From: Patescibacteria group bacterium
GTDB taxonomy: Bacteria; Patescibacteriota; Minisyncoccia; Phycocordibacterales; Phycocordibacteraceae
Reading direction: 5' to 3'
Length of the DNA stretch: 64,000 nucleotides
NCBI GenBank assembly: GCA_038064595.1
Contig: JBBTSV010000003.1
Coordinates: 41,150 to 105,149 of the forward strand
Every line of letters starts with the position of its first letter. The stretch's first letter is position 1. The translations under genes and the position numbers were made by a program. This document shows, piece after piece, positions 28,510 through 36,991 of this stretch. Below the pieces are notes generated by a model, which was given only the letters and a program-made list of their open reading frames with translations, did no database searches and was not told the origin of the DNA.

Positions 28510-29502
28510 ATGCCCGAAGGCCCTCCCAAAACGGCACCCAAGATACTCGAACAACAGCTCATAGACTTGAGAGAGATTCAGCGCGCACTCGCCGAGGCGA
28601 GAGAGGCCGGGGATGTGGCGGCCGCAGAGGCACTTATGGAGCAGCATCGAGATGCAGTCGAGCCGATGGAAGCCTCAACATCTCCAGGAGAGTCGCCAGA
28701 AGGTGCCACATTAGCAGATGCCGAACGCATCCTCGGCAAAGAATCGATACTTGGTCCCAAAGCTGTGGAGCAGGTGTTCGGAGTCAAACTAGACCGCATA
28801 CCAGCCATCCCGTTTTCACAGCAGGAATTGCAACGCGCCAAAGAGCTCGGTCAACAACTCATTTTCTACACCGACGCTCTTTCACCCACTACGCTAGGAG
28901 AAAAAGTCAAACCACTTACTCTCGCGAATTTGAAACAGAAATTCACAAAAGCCCACGACGACGGCAAAGTTTTCTACGAACAAGATTGGTACAAGAATGA
29001 AGATTTCTTCAAAAAAGAGAAACCGCGCGTTGGTTGGCGACTCACCTCAAAAGATCTACTCCCAGAGTCAACCTCGAAAAACTATCTCGAACAGACCGAT
29101 GTGCTGATCGAGTATTTACAAAAACAAGTCTTCAAGGGAGCAAAACTTCCGAAACCATATGAAGACGCGATCGCAGAGTGGAAGCGTGAACGAGAAAAGA
29201 TCGAGCCACTGGCGACAAGCTCGACAGACACCGAATGGAAATGTGGTTCCCAAATGCTTACCGATCTTGCGATCACTAAGCTCACACGAGAATTACCAAT
29301 CGAAGTCATGTATCGATTTATCCTTAACGATCAGATAAACAAAGATAAACCCCTCCCCTCAGCCTACACATGGACAGCGAGTCGTTCGTCTGGCGGCTAC
29401 CTCGTGCATGTCGGCGGCTTCGGCGACGCGGGTGCGCTTGTGAGCAGGGGCGACCCCGGCGCTCGCCACGACAATCTCGGCGTCTCGTTCTCCCGCAGTT
29501 GA
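28510..29502 (+). CDS. DGR target protein 1 (free-standing variable domain, probable CLec-like fold)
   Basis: C-terminus encoded by VR1; about 260 aa paralogous to the C-terminal part of 30007..32073; no signal peptide seen. Confidence 0.9.
   Translation: MPEGPPKTAPKILEQQLIDLREIQRALAEAREAGDVAAAEALMEQHRDAVEPMEASTSPGESPEGATLADAERILGKESILGPKAVEQVFGVKLDRIPAIPFSQQELQRAKELGQQLIFYTDALSPTTLGEKVKPLTLANLKQKFTKAHDDGKVFYEQDWYKNEDFFKKEKPRVGWRLTSKDLLPESTSKNYLEQTDVLIEYLQKQVFKGAKLPKPYEDAIAEWKREREKIEPLATSSTDTEWKCGSQMLTDLAITKLTRELPIEVMYRFILNDQINKDKPLPSAYTWTASRSSGGYLVHVGGFGDAGALVSRGDPGARHDNLGVSFSRS
29374..29499 (+). repeat. DGR variable repeat VR1
   Basis: 126-bp gap-free alignment to TR; 21 mismatches, all at TR adenines. 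Confidence 0.97.
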
Positions 29503-29535
29503 TTTTTGAATAGTGAAGAATGAATCTTTGAATCC

Positions 29536-29560
29536 TCTCCGACCCGTTTAGGGTCGGAGA
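29536..29560. promoter_or_regulatory. DGR target-recognition hairpin after VR1
   Basis: tctccgaccc-gttta-gggtcggaga, 33 nt after the stop codon. Confidence 0.85.
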
Positions 29561-29593
29561 CTCTCGAAAAATTATTCTGATATACTTCACCAT

Positions 29594-30001
29594 ATGACAC
29601 AAACCTCAGTTGCCCCATCTGCCCTCATAAGCCAATCTATAGGCCTTCCGAATTTGGTCATTGTTGAAAGCTCTAAAACTCTTGAGGGGGCCGAGGCACG
29701 CGTCCGACAAGATCTAGCGGGCTTTATGAAAGCGTCTGACGCCACCTCGGTGCTTGACCACTTAGAGAAAGGCATAAGCGTCCTCTATATAGAACGAGGT
29801 GAGAAGCTCGATCCTCGCGTAGAAACAATTGTGACCACCTATGCGGCTGGTATGGCGAGCTTCGCTTCACCCAGCGGTCTTGTATCTGCCAGCTTCGATC
29901 CGATGCACACAGCCCTCACCATCGTTATTTCCCGTGACGCTCTTGAAAAGAGCTACCCACAGCTTCTCACTTACGCCGGTGCTGTCACTTCTATTTCATA
30001 A
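29594..30001 (+). CDS. Hypothetical protein inside the DGR/MoxR locus
   Basis: 135-aa ORF with TATACT-N7-ATG start; ends 5 nt before the AAA gene. Confidence 0.7.
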   Translation: MTQTSVAPSALISQSIGLPNLVIVESSKTLEGAEARVRQDLAGFMKASDATSVLDHLEKGISVLYIERGEKLDPRVETIVTTYAAGMASFASPSGLVSASFDPMHTALTIVISRDALEKSYPQLLTYAGAVTSIS

Positions 30002-30006
30002 ATCAT

Positions 30007-32073
30007 ATGTCTGAACGCCGACCAACTGCAAAGAGAGAGAAACCAGGACGCGAACCGTTCATCGTAGAGAAGGACGAGTCGGTGTCGTACCTTGGAGTCG
30101 AAGTGCCTAAAGGCGAAGGCGGTCCACTCGTCCCAGGTCGTCAGGAATCAGAAAATTATTTTTATACGGAAGAGGATTACCTGTTGCGCCGAGAGATGGC
30201 GACGTCAATCGCGCTCAATAAACCAATTCTCTTTGAAGGCGGCACCGGCATAGGCAAAACTTCAGCCGTTGCCGCGATGTGTGCCGAGCTCAACCTCAAT
30301 TTCTGCAAGGTGTCCTTCGCGCGCGATATGGCGATTGAGGACGTAATCGGCGGTAAGACTATTGTTAAAGAGGGTGACGCAGAAGTCGTGAAATGGTACG
30401 ACGGCAACTTGATGGTCGCGATTCGCCACGGCGGTATCGCCCTTCTCGACGAATACAACTTTCAAGGCAGCAAAGTCGGCTCGCGTGTGAACCCAGTCAT
30501 TGATGCAATTTTGAACGGGAGAAAAGAAATATCGCTGCCCGAAAATGACAACGAGCGTGTGATGGTGCATCCCAACTTCCGCCTTGTCGCTGCGCAGAAT
30601 CCTCCAGGCACCGAAGAGGGCCAAGAATTTACCGGACGTGAACAGATGTCCGCCGAGACATTCGGACGATGGACGTTTAATAAACTTCCCCTTGAAATGA
30701 GTCGAGACATGCGCGACAAACGTCTCGCAGGCATGATGGGAGAATCTGTTGATATCAAATTGCCTCCTGAAGCCTTCCGCAAGCTCGGCGAGGGCGTTCC
30801 GTTCCACGAACTCAAAGACATTCCTGGAATGACGCATTGGCGTCGTGCTGCCCTCGATGTGCTTGACCAGCTCAAAGCCAAGTCTACCGGTGCAGATCGC
30901 GATATGGCCAAGACACAGCGCCAGCGCCTCTACTTCAACCCGCGCCTTGAGCAAGGACTTCTGAACTACGTCTCTCGCTTCTATCGGGGAGACGTAAACC
31001 AGGTATGGGGCGAAGCATTCGAGCACCTTATCGTCGGCATGTACAAAGATGAGGCTGATCGCCAGGCGGTGCGTGAATTGCTCACGCTAAACGCCTACGA
31101 GCCACAGACCGACACGAAACGCAGGCCACTCGGCGATGCTGAGCGAGCTGAACAAGAAGGGGCAGAAGAAACATGGGCAAAAGTTGCTGAATTTGAAGAC
31201 AAACTTGCTACTAAGATTTCTGCCCTCGAACAGGAGCTTGGCGTTTCATCTGGTGAGAGTAAAGAAATATCGCTTGCCGACGCAGAAAAGATTCTTGGAA
31301 AGGAGTCCGTGCTCGGAGCGAAAGATGTGGAACAAGTGTTCGGAGTCAAACTAGATCGCATACCAGCCATCCCATTTTCACAGCAGGAATTGCAACGCGC
31401 TAAAGAACTCGGTCAGCAACTCATTCTCCAAGTTGATTCAATGACTCACAAGGGGGGACTGATGTCTCGTGAGAAGAGTGCTCCGCTCACGCTTGAGAAT
31501 CTGAAACAGAAATTCACAAAGTCCCACGACGATGGCAAAGTTTTCTACGAACAAGATTGGTACAAGAATGAAGATTTCTTCAAAAAAGAGAAGCCGCGCA
31601 CCGGCTGGAGGCTCACATCAAAAGACCTCGTTCCTGACTCCACGAGTAAGAGCTATCTCGAGCAAACTGATGTACTCGTCGAGCATTTGGAGAAACAGAT
31701 TTTCAAAGGTGTCGAGGTACCAAAACAATATAAGGATGCCATTGCCGAATTCAAGCGCAAGAGAGCAGAGATTGAACCGCTCGCAAAAAGTGGAACAGAT
31801 GCGGAATGGAAAAAAGGTTCCCAGATGCTCGCTGATCTCGCGATTACCAAACTTGCCCGCGAACTGCCGGTCGAGGCCATGTACCGCCTCATTTTGAACG
31901 ACCAAACTCGAAAGGATAAACCGCTCCCCTTAACCTACACATGGACAGCGTGTCGTGCGTCTGGCGGCAGCCTCGTGGATGTCGGCTGCTTCGGCGACGC
32001 GGGTGCGGCTGTGGACGGGGGCAGCCCCGACGTTCGCTACGACCGTCTCGGCGTCTCGTTCTCCCGCAGTTGA
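30007..32073 (+). CDS. DGR target protein 2: MoxR/AAA_5 ATPase fused to a C-terminal variable domain
   Basis: Walker A EGGTGIGKT, Walker B LLDEYN, HPNFRLVAAQNP; C-terminus encoded by VR2. Confidence 0.92.
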   Translation: MSERRPTAKREKPGREPFIVEKDESVSYLGVEVPKGEGGPLVPGRQESENYFYTEEDYLLRREMATSIALNKPILFEGGTGIGKTSAVAAMCAELNLNFCKVSFARDMAIEDVIGGKTIVKEGDAEVVKWYDGNLMVAIRHGGIALLDEYNFQGSKVGSRVNPVIDAILNGRKEISLPENDNERVMVHPNFRLVAAQNPPGTEEGQEFTGREQMSAETFGRWTFNKLPLEMSRDMRDKRLAGMMGESVDIKLPPEAFRKLGEGVPFHELKDIPGMTHWRRAALDVLDQLKAKSTGADRDMAKTQRQRLYFNPRLEQGLLNYVSRFYRGDVNQVWGEAFEHLIVGMYKDEADRQAVRELLTLNAYEPQTDTKRRPLGDAERAEQEGAEETWAKVAEFEDKLATKISALEQELGVSSGESKEISLADAEKILGKESVLGAKDVEQVFGVKLDRIPAIPFSQQELQRAKELGQQLILQVDSMTHKGGLMSREKSAPLTLENLKQKFTKSHDDGKVFYEQDWYKNEDFFKKEKPRTGWRLTSKDLVPDSTSKSYLEQTDVLVEHLEKQIFKGVEVPKQYKDAIAEFKRKRAEIEPLAKSGTDAEWKKGSQMLADLAITKLARELPVEAMYRLILNDQTRKDKPLPLTYTWTACRASGGSLVDVGCFGDAGAAVDGGSPDVRYDRLGVSFSRS
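31945..32070 (+). repeat. DGR variable repeat VR2
   Basis: 126-bp gap-free alignment to TR; 24 mismatches, all at TR adenines. Confidence 0.97.
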
Positions 32074-32106
32074 TTTTTGAATACCGAATAATGAAGTCTT
32101 GAGTCC

Positions 32107-32131
32107 ATGCTGACCCGTTCAGGGTCAGCAT
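32107..32131. promoter_or_regulatory. DGR target-recognition hairpin after VR2
   Basis: atgctgaccc-gttca-gggtcagcat, 33 nt after the stop codon. Confidence 0.85.
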
Positions 32132-32330
32132 CCGCGCAAATTTTTTGCTAGTATGGACATACGGCTAATGAAGCGTCATTTACGGATGTCGCTCGCCGAA
32201 AAACACTGCTTGTCCGCCATTAGCGCAAACGGTTGAAGTAATGGGACAGTGCGCACATCCTATAACCCGAAACAGCTCACGCCTTTCGCGCATGCGAAAC
32301 GCTGGGGCGAAGCCACGGACGATGGCGGAC

Positions 32331-32456
32331 AAAACGAGTCGTACGTCTGACGGCAACCTCGTGAATGTCGGCAACTTCGACGACACGGGTGCGAATGTGA
32401 ACAGGAACAACCCCGACAATCGCAACGACAATCTCGGCGTCTCGTTCTCCCGAAGT
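32331..32456 (+). repeat. DGR template repeat (TR)
   Basis: Adenine-rich master copy of both VRs: 35 adenines, 10 AAC/AAT codons in the VR frame. Confidence 0.97.
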
Positions 32457-32459
32457 GTT

Positions 32460-32494
32460 TCCAACACCACTCAGATGAGTGGTGTTGGATTTTT
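32460..32494 (+). terminator. 13-bp hairpin + T tract directly 3' of TR
   Basis: tccaacaccactc-agat-gagtggtgttgga-ttttt. Confidence 0.65.
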
Positions 32495-32851
32495 CGTATA
32501 CTTGATCCATCCGCCGACCATGCTACCGATCTCGATTATTTTCTCAGAGAGCGAGGCGAATCCGGCATCGTTGATGCTCCCCGTTTTATACGCAAGGCGC
32601 AGATGGGTCGTGAGCATCTTGAGTGTTACGTCCGCTTTATTAAGTATCAAAAGCCGAGACGCTCCCTGCTTGCTTTGTGCAAGGTAGAGAAGCTCGATGA
32701 TTTCGAGTATGGTATTTTCTATTCTCACACCGAGCGTGTACCGTTCCGGTTTTTTGAATTTCAAGACTCGCTTGTGCGCAGCAAGGTACAATTGGCTCAC
32801 TTTATGGAAAACGATCGGCTCGGTGTACGTCTCGACAGTGGATTGGGTCAT
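32471..32851 (-). CDS. avd: DGR accessory variability determinant Avd (four-helix bundle)
   Basis: FKKPERYTLGVRIE, LRLA, EIGSMVGGWIK; 126 aa; lies between TR and RT. Confidence 0.88.
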   Translation of the reverse strand: MTQSTVETYTEPIVFHKVSQLYLAAHKRVLKFKKPERYTLGVRIENTILEIIELLYLAQSKQGASRLLILNKADVTLKMLTTHLRLAYKTGSINDAGFASLSEKIIEIGSMVGGWIKYTKNPTPLI

Positions 32852-33889
32852 AAGGATTTATTTAAGCTCATAATCTCCAAGGAGAACATTTTCGCCGCGT
32901 GGCGGGAGTTCCAGAAGTGGAAGATGAGCAAACAGGACGTGCTCGCATTTTCAGAACATTTTGAAGAGCATCTCTTGCAATTGCACTACGACCTTGCAAA
33001 TGGGCGATACCGACATGGACCCTATATACGCTTCCTCATTCAGGATCCGAAACAGCGTAGTATCGCCAAAGCAAGCGTCCGCGATCGCGTCCTGCATCAC
33101 GCCATCTGTCGCGTGATCACGCCGAGCTTTGATAATGCATTTGTATTTGATACGTACTCGAGCCGCAAGACCAAGGGCGTCCATCGAGCGATCGAACGGC
33201 TCGTACGTTTGGCGTGGCGACTATCCCGAAACAACACACAGACCGTCTGGATGCTTAAGTGCGATATACGAAAGTTTTTCGAGAGTGTTGGCCATGACAG
33301 ATTGCTTGAGTTATGTACGAGACGCATTGATGACAGTCGTGTTATGGCCCTACTCAAGAATATTCTCGGTAGTTTTGAAGCGGAACCTAGAACTAGAAAG
33401 AGTATCCCTCTCGGCAACCTCACTTCACAGCTCTTTGCTAACATCTATCTCGACCGATTTGATCAGTATGTGAAGCGCGAATTGCGTTTCAAGAATTATC
33501 TCCGCTATACCGACGACTTCATACTGCTCTCCACTGATCGCGAAGAACTTGAACGCACCTTACCGCTCATACGGGATTTTCTCTTACGTGACCTCAATCT
33601 CGATTTGCACCCAACAAAAGTCACATTTCGGAAGTGGCATCAAGGCGTCGACTTTCTTGGCTATGTGCATTTTCCGCATCACCGAGTTATCCGTACGAAG
33701 ACAAAGAAACGTATGATTCGAAAACTGCGCAATCGAAAAGAAACTTTTGAAGCTAGAGACATCGACGAAGATGAGTTGCGCCAAACGGTAGCATCGTATC
33801 TCGGTGTTCTCTCGCACTCTCAAAACAGAGGATTGGCGAGACGCATTCGTCGTGATTTTCTCCCTAAGGGTAAGGCTCTTACCGAGTAA
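32804..33889 (+). CDS. DGR reverse transcriptase
   Basis: IISKENIFAAW, DPKQRSI, RDRVLHHA, KCDIRKFF, PLGNLTSQLFANIYL (SQ signature), RYTDDF, GVDFLGY; start codon uncertain (32804 preferred). Confidence 0.95.
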   Translation: MENDRLGVRLDSGLGHKDLFKLIISKENIFAAWREFQKWKMSKQDVLAFSEHFEEHLLQLHYDLANGRYRHGPYIRFLIQDPKQRSIAKASVRDRVLHHAICRVITPSFDNAFVFDTYSSRKTKGVHRAIERLVRLAWRLSRNNTQTVWMLKCDIRKFFESVGHDRLLELCTRRIDDSRVMALLKNILGSFEAEPRTRKSIPLGNLTSQLFANIYLDRFDQYVKRELRFKNYLRYTDDFILLSTDREELERTLPLIRDFLLRDLNLDLHPTKVTFRKWHQGVDFLGYVHFPHHRVIRTKTKKRMIRKLRNRKETFEARDIDEDELRQTVASYLGVLSHSQNRGLARRIRRDFLPKGKALTE

Positions 33890-33971
33890 CTTATCAGCGC
33901 GTTGCTTGGGGCATCTTTTCAAGATTCGTGGTATAAAAATCTGGTGCGCCCGCCTGCGGCTAGGCGGACAT

Positions 33972-34045
33972 GGTGGTCGTAGCTCAATTGGTAGAGCATC
34001 TGCTTGTGGAGCAGAAGGTTGTGGGATCGTGACCCATCGACCACC
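33972..34045 (+). tRNA. tRNA-His(GTG)
   Basis: G-1 encoded; TCTGC TT-GTG-GA GCAGA; atypical T-loop ATCGTGA. Confidence 0.88.
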
Positions 34046-34072
34046 CAAAAAAGATTGTGCTACCATCTCCAC

Positions 34073-34720
34073 ATGAAAACTCTCTTTGGCGGCATTGCCC
34101 TTATCATAGTCCTCGGGATCGGCGGTTTTATTTACCGTAATGCGCTTGAGCACCCATCTCGGACGATCGCGTGCCCGCTCGACGCACAACTGTGCCCCGA
34201 CGGCACGGCGGTGACGCGCACCGGCCTCTCCTGTACCTTCCCCGCATGCCCGCCACCCAACGTAACGCTCGCCGACCTCGGTATATCCTTTGCGCTCCCT
34301 GCTACACTCCAAGATGCTCCGCTCGCCGACTCAAGCGCGCAGTTCAATTATGACCTGGTGACGAACGCGTCATCGACGGCGTCGGGGAGTGTCTATATCT
34401 ACCGGTACCCGATCGCCGCTTCTTCGACCGCGCTCGCGACGATACAACAGACAGCGATAACGACTCCATCGGGGCTCCCGGCGCGTGCTACGGCGCTCAC
34501 CTCAACGGCGCTCGGGAACTATCGCTTTACGGTGGTCGGGATCGAGCGCAACGAGGGCGTCCTCATCACCGCCTACTACCTCGCCCGAGCCACCGACGTG
34601 CTACGTTTTGACGCAGTTGATACCGATGTTCGTAATTGGACGGATCCCCAGCTCGACCCGACGACGCTCCCGGCGCACCAGGCGCTCCGTGCACTCCTCT
34701 CGACACTCCAAGGACAGTAG
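34073..34720 (+). CDS. Membrane-anchored protein with C-x6-CPDG-x9-C-x4-CP motif
   Basis: N-terminal TM helix; CPLDAQLCPDGTAVTRTGLSCTFPACP. Confidence 0.75.
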   Translation: MKTLFGGIALIIVLGIGGFIYRNALEHPSRTIACPLDAQLCPDGTAVTRTGLSCTFPACPPPNVTLADLGISFALPATLQDAPLADSSAQFNYDLVTNASSTASGSVYIYRYPIAASSTALATIQQTAITTPSGLPARATALTSTALGNYRFTVVGIERNEGVLITAYYLARATDVLRFDAVDTDVRNWTDPQLDPTTLPAHQALRALLSTLQGQ

Positions 34721-34755
34721 CCTCGTGCTACACTAGAAACATAATTATTACCACT

Positions 34756-35565
34756 ATGAACAATACTCTTTCTGAATTACTCGAGAATAGCGGGATACGA
34801 ATCGCGATGATTGGTGCACTCTCGATCCTCGCGCTCTACCTCCTTGCCCAAACCATCACACTCGCGGCAGACTTCGGTCGCTCGGGCGTGCCCGCGACCG
34901 ATACCATCACCGTGCAGGGAAGTGGCGAGGTCTCAATTGTCCCTGATGTCGCAAAGATCTCGTTTAGTGTCGAGAACGTCGCGGCGACCGTCGCAGTAGC
35001 GCAAGCGGCGACTACCAAACAGACCGACGCGGCACTCGCCGCGATGAAGGCGGCGGGTATTGCTGACAAGGACATCAAGACGACCTCCTACTCAATCTCA
35101 CCGCAATATGCCTACCCGACCCCATGCTATGGGATCACGTGCCCGGTGCCCGTTGACGGCTACACCAGTGGTTCACCAAAGATCACCGGCTACCAGGTGT
35201 CGCAGAGTGTGCAGGTGACGGTGCGCGAGCTCGATGGCGTCGGTGCGGTTCTCGAGAGTCTCGGCAAGCTCGGTGTTCAGAATGTATACGGCCCCAACTT
35301 CGCCCTCGACGACTCGACGGCAGCCTATGCCGCCGCACGTGCCGACGCGATCATGAAGGCGAAGCAGCAGGCCACCGTTCTCGCGAAGCAGCTTGGCGTT
35401 CGTCTCGGGAAGGTCGTGAACTTCTCCGAGTCGAGTGGTGGCTACCCGTATCCGGTGATGTACGACATGGGGATGGGAGGAGCCAGCAAGGTCTCAGCTC
35501 CCAATATCCCGGCAGGTGAGAACACCTACAACGCCTCAGTCTCCATCACCTACGAGATCCGCTAG
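34756..35565 (+). CDS. SIMPL/DUF541 domain protein
   Basis: ITVQGSGEV...PDVA, DIKTTSYSISPQY, A..KAKQQA..LA..LGV.LG. Confidence 0.9.
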   Translation: MNNTLSELLENSGIRIAMIGALSILALYLLAQTITLAADFGRSGVPATDTITVQGSGEVSIVPDVAKISFSVENVAATVAVAQAATTKQTDAALAAMKAAGIADKDIKTTSYSISPQYAYPTPCYGITCPVPVDGYTSGSPKITGYQVSQSVQVTVRELDGVGAVLESLGKLGVQNVYGPNFALDDSTAAYAAARADAIMKAKQQATVLAKQLGVRLGKVVNFSESSGGYPYPVMYDMGMGGASKVSAPNIPAGENTYNASVSITYEIR

Positions 35566-35644
35566 TTGACGCCTTGGGCGACGTGCGGTATGCTCTCAAT
35601 ATCAGAGAGCCCGCAGGGCTTTTTTATTTACTAGCCACCTTCGC

Positions 35645-35830
35645 ATGACCTCACTATTTACCTATCTGAAACATGTGCGCGAGGAGTTTGCGCATATTGT
35701 TTGGCCGAGTAATCATACCGCGCTCGCGCACACGCTTGTGGTGATCGTCATTGCGCTCGTGATCGCGCTCTTTGTGAGCGTGCTCGACTACTTCTTTGGG
35801 CTGGGCGTGAGCTACATCACTGGCGTCTAA
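35645..35830 (+). CDS. secE: Preprotein translocase subunit SecE
   Basis: EEFAHIVWPS + TM helix, upstream of nusG. Confidence 0.88.
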   Translation: MTSLFTYLKHVREEFAHIVWPSNHTALAHTLVVIVIALVIALFVSVLDYFFGLGVSYITGV

Positions 35831-35840
35831 CTGCAGCACC

Positions 35841-36470
35841 ATGGACACGACTGAACACCACTACGACGGAGAGGGAGATGCAGGGATGGCAGACATCGCA
35901 CCAGCGATGCGTAAGGAAGTGCGTGACGAGGTGACGCCGCGCGAGGAGGATGCGCGCTGGTACACCATCCACACCTACGCGGGCTATGAGAATGCGGTCG
36001 AGCGCAACCTCAAGCAGCGCATCGAGTCTTTGGGTATGGAGGGGAAAATCTTTAAGGTGATCGTCCCAACCGAGAAGAAGATCCGGGTGAAGAGTGGCAA
36101 GCGCATCGTTGAAGAGGAGAAGATCTACCCGGGCTATATCCTGGTGCGCATGATTGTGGACGACGATTCCTGGTTTGTGGTCCGCAACACCCCACGGGTC
36201 ACCGGCTTTGTGGGCAGCGGCAACACGCCAGTGCCGATGGAGGAGGCCGAGGTCGCAACACTGATGAAGCGGATGACCGCAGAGGCGCCTAAGCATCGCA
36301 TTGACCTCGTGAAGGAGGATCCAATCGTGATTACCGACGGTCCCTTCAAAGACTTGGAGGGCAAGGTGGGTGAGATCGATGAAGATCGCGGCAAGGTGAA
36401 GGTGATGGTCTCGATGTTCGGCCGCGAGACGCCGGTCGAGCTCGACTTTTTGCAAATTCGTAAACTCTAA
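35841..36470 (+). CDS. nusG: Transcription antitermination factor NusG
   Basis: WYTIHTYAGYE, YPGYILV, TPRVTGFVG, MFGRETPVEL. Confidence 0.97.
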   Translation: MDTTEHHYDGEGDAGMADIAPAMRKEVRDEVTPREEDARWYTIHTYAGYENAVERNLKQRIESLGMEGKIFKVIVPTEKKIRVKSGKRIVEEEKIYPGYILVRMIVDDDSWFVVRNTPRVTGFVGSGNTPVPMEEAEVATLMKRMTAEAPKHRIDLVKEDPIVITDGPFKDLEGKVGEIDEDRGKVKVMVSMFGRETPVELDFLQIRKL

Positions 36471-36488
36471 GGTACTCTCATCACACCT

Positions 36489-36911
36489 ATGGCAACTATT
36501 GTAAAAAAGATAAAGCTCCAGATCCCCGGCGGGGCGGCGACGCCCGCGCCCCCGGTGGGCACCGCGCTCGGCCCTGCGGGCGTGAACATTGGGCAGTTCG
36601 TGACCCAGTTTAACGCCGCGACCGCGGAGAAGCGCGGCACGATCATCCCGATCGAGCTCTCGGTCTATGACGACCGGACCTTCACCTTTATCATGAAGAA
36701 TCCGCCGGCCTCGCGCCTCATCCTCAAAGCCTTGGGGATCGAGAAGGGCTCGGGTAAGGCTAAGGAGAAGAAGGCGGGTACCATCACCATGACGCAGATC
36801 GCGACCATCGTCGCGGAGAAGATCCCCGACATGAACGCCACCTCTCACGAGGCCGCCGCCCGCACCATCGCTGGCACCGCAAGGTCAATGGGCATCGATG
36901 TGACCAAATAG
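36489..36911 (+). CDS. rplK: 50S ribosomal protein L11
   Basis: [19 protein letters not shown]. Confidence 0.97.
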   Translation: MATIVKKIKLQIPGGAATPAPPVGTALGPAGVNIGQFVTQFNAATAEKRGTIIPIELSVYDDRTFTFIMKNPPASRLILKALGIEKGSGKAKEKKAGTITMTQIATIVAEKIPDMNATSHEAAARTIAGTARSMGIDVTK

Positions 36912-36991
36912 GGAACATCGATGAACCTTGTGAGGTAGTTTTAGAGCGTAGCGAAGAAAAATAGCCACAAGGTGTACAGCTCCTGTAGTGA

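Larger units (their letters stand above)
28510..33889 (+). mobile_element. Diversity-generating retroelement with two targets
   Basis: RT + Avd + TR + two VRs with adenine-only mismatches + hairpins after each VR. Confidence 0.97.

Noticed and set aside
25821-32073. Cobalamin pathway (PduO plus CobS/CobT-like cobaltochelatase subunits)
   Set aside because: No CobN or other cob genes are in the window. The AAA and VWA proteins carry extra domains and are better read as a generic MoxR/VWA pair. PduO adjacency may be incidental.
32241-32687. 148-aa ORF spanning the TR that resembles the target C-termini
   Set aside because: It is the TR read in the VR frame (Asn-rich from AAY codons) and it overlaps avd in antisense. 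TR most likely functions as RNA.
32603-33889. RT as a group II intron maturase or retron RT
   Set aside because: It has the DGR-type GNLTSQ signature, no maturase or endonuclease extension, and sits next to Avd and TR/VR repeats.
25608-34045. Integrative element or prophage between tRNA-Leu and tRNA-His
   Set aside because: I found no integrase, phage genes or duplicated tRNA 3' end (att site). Island status rests only on composition and position.
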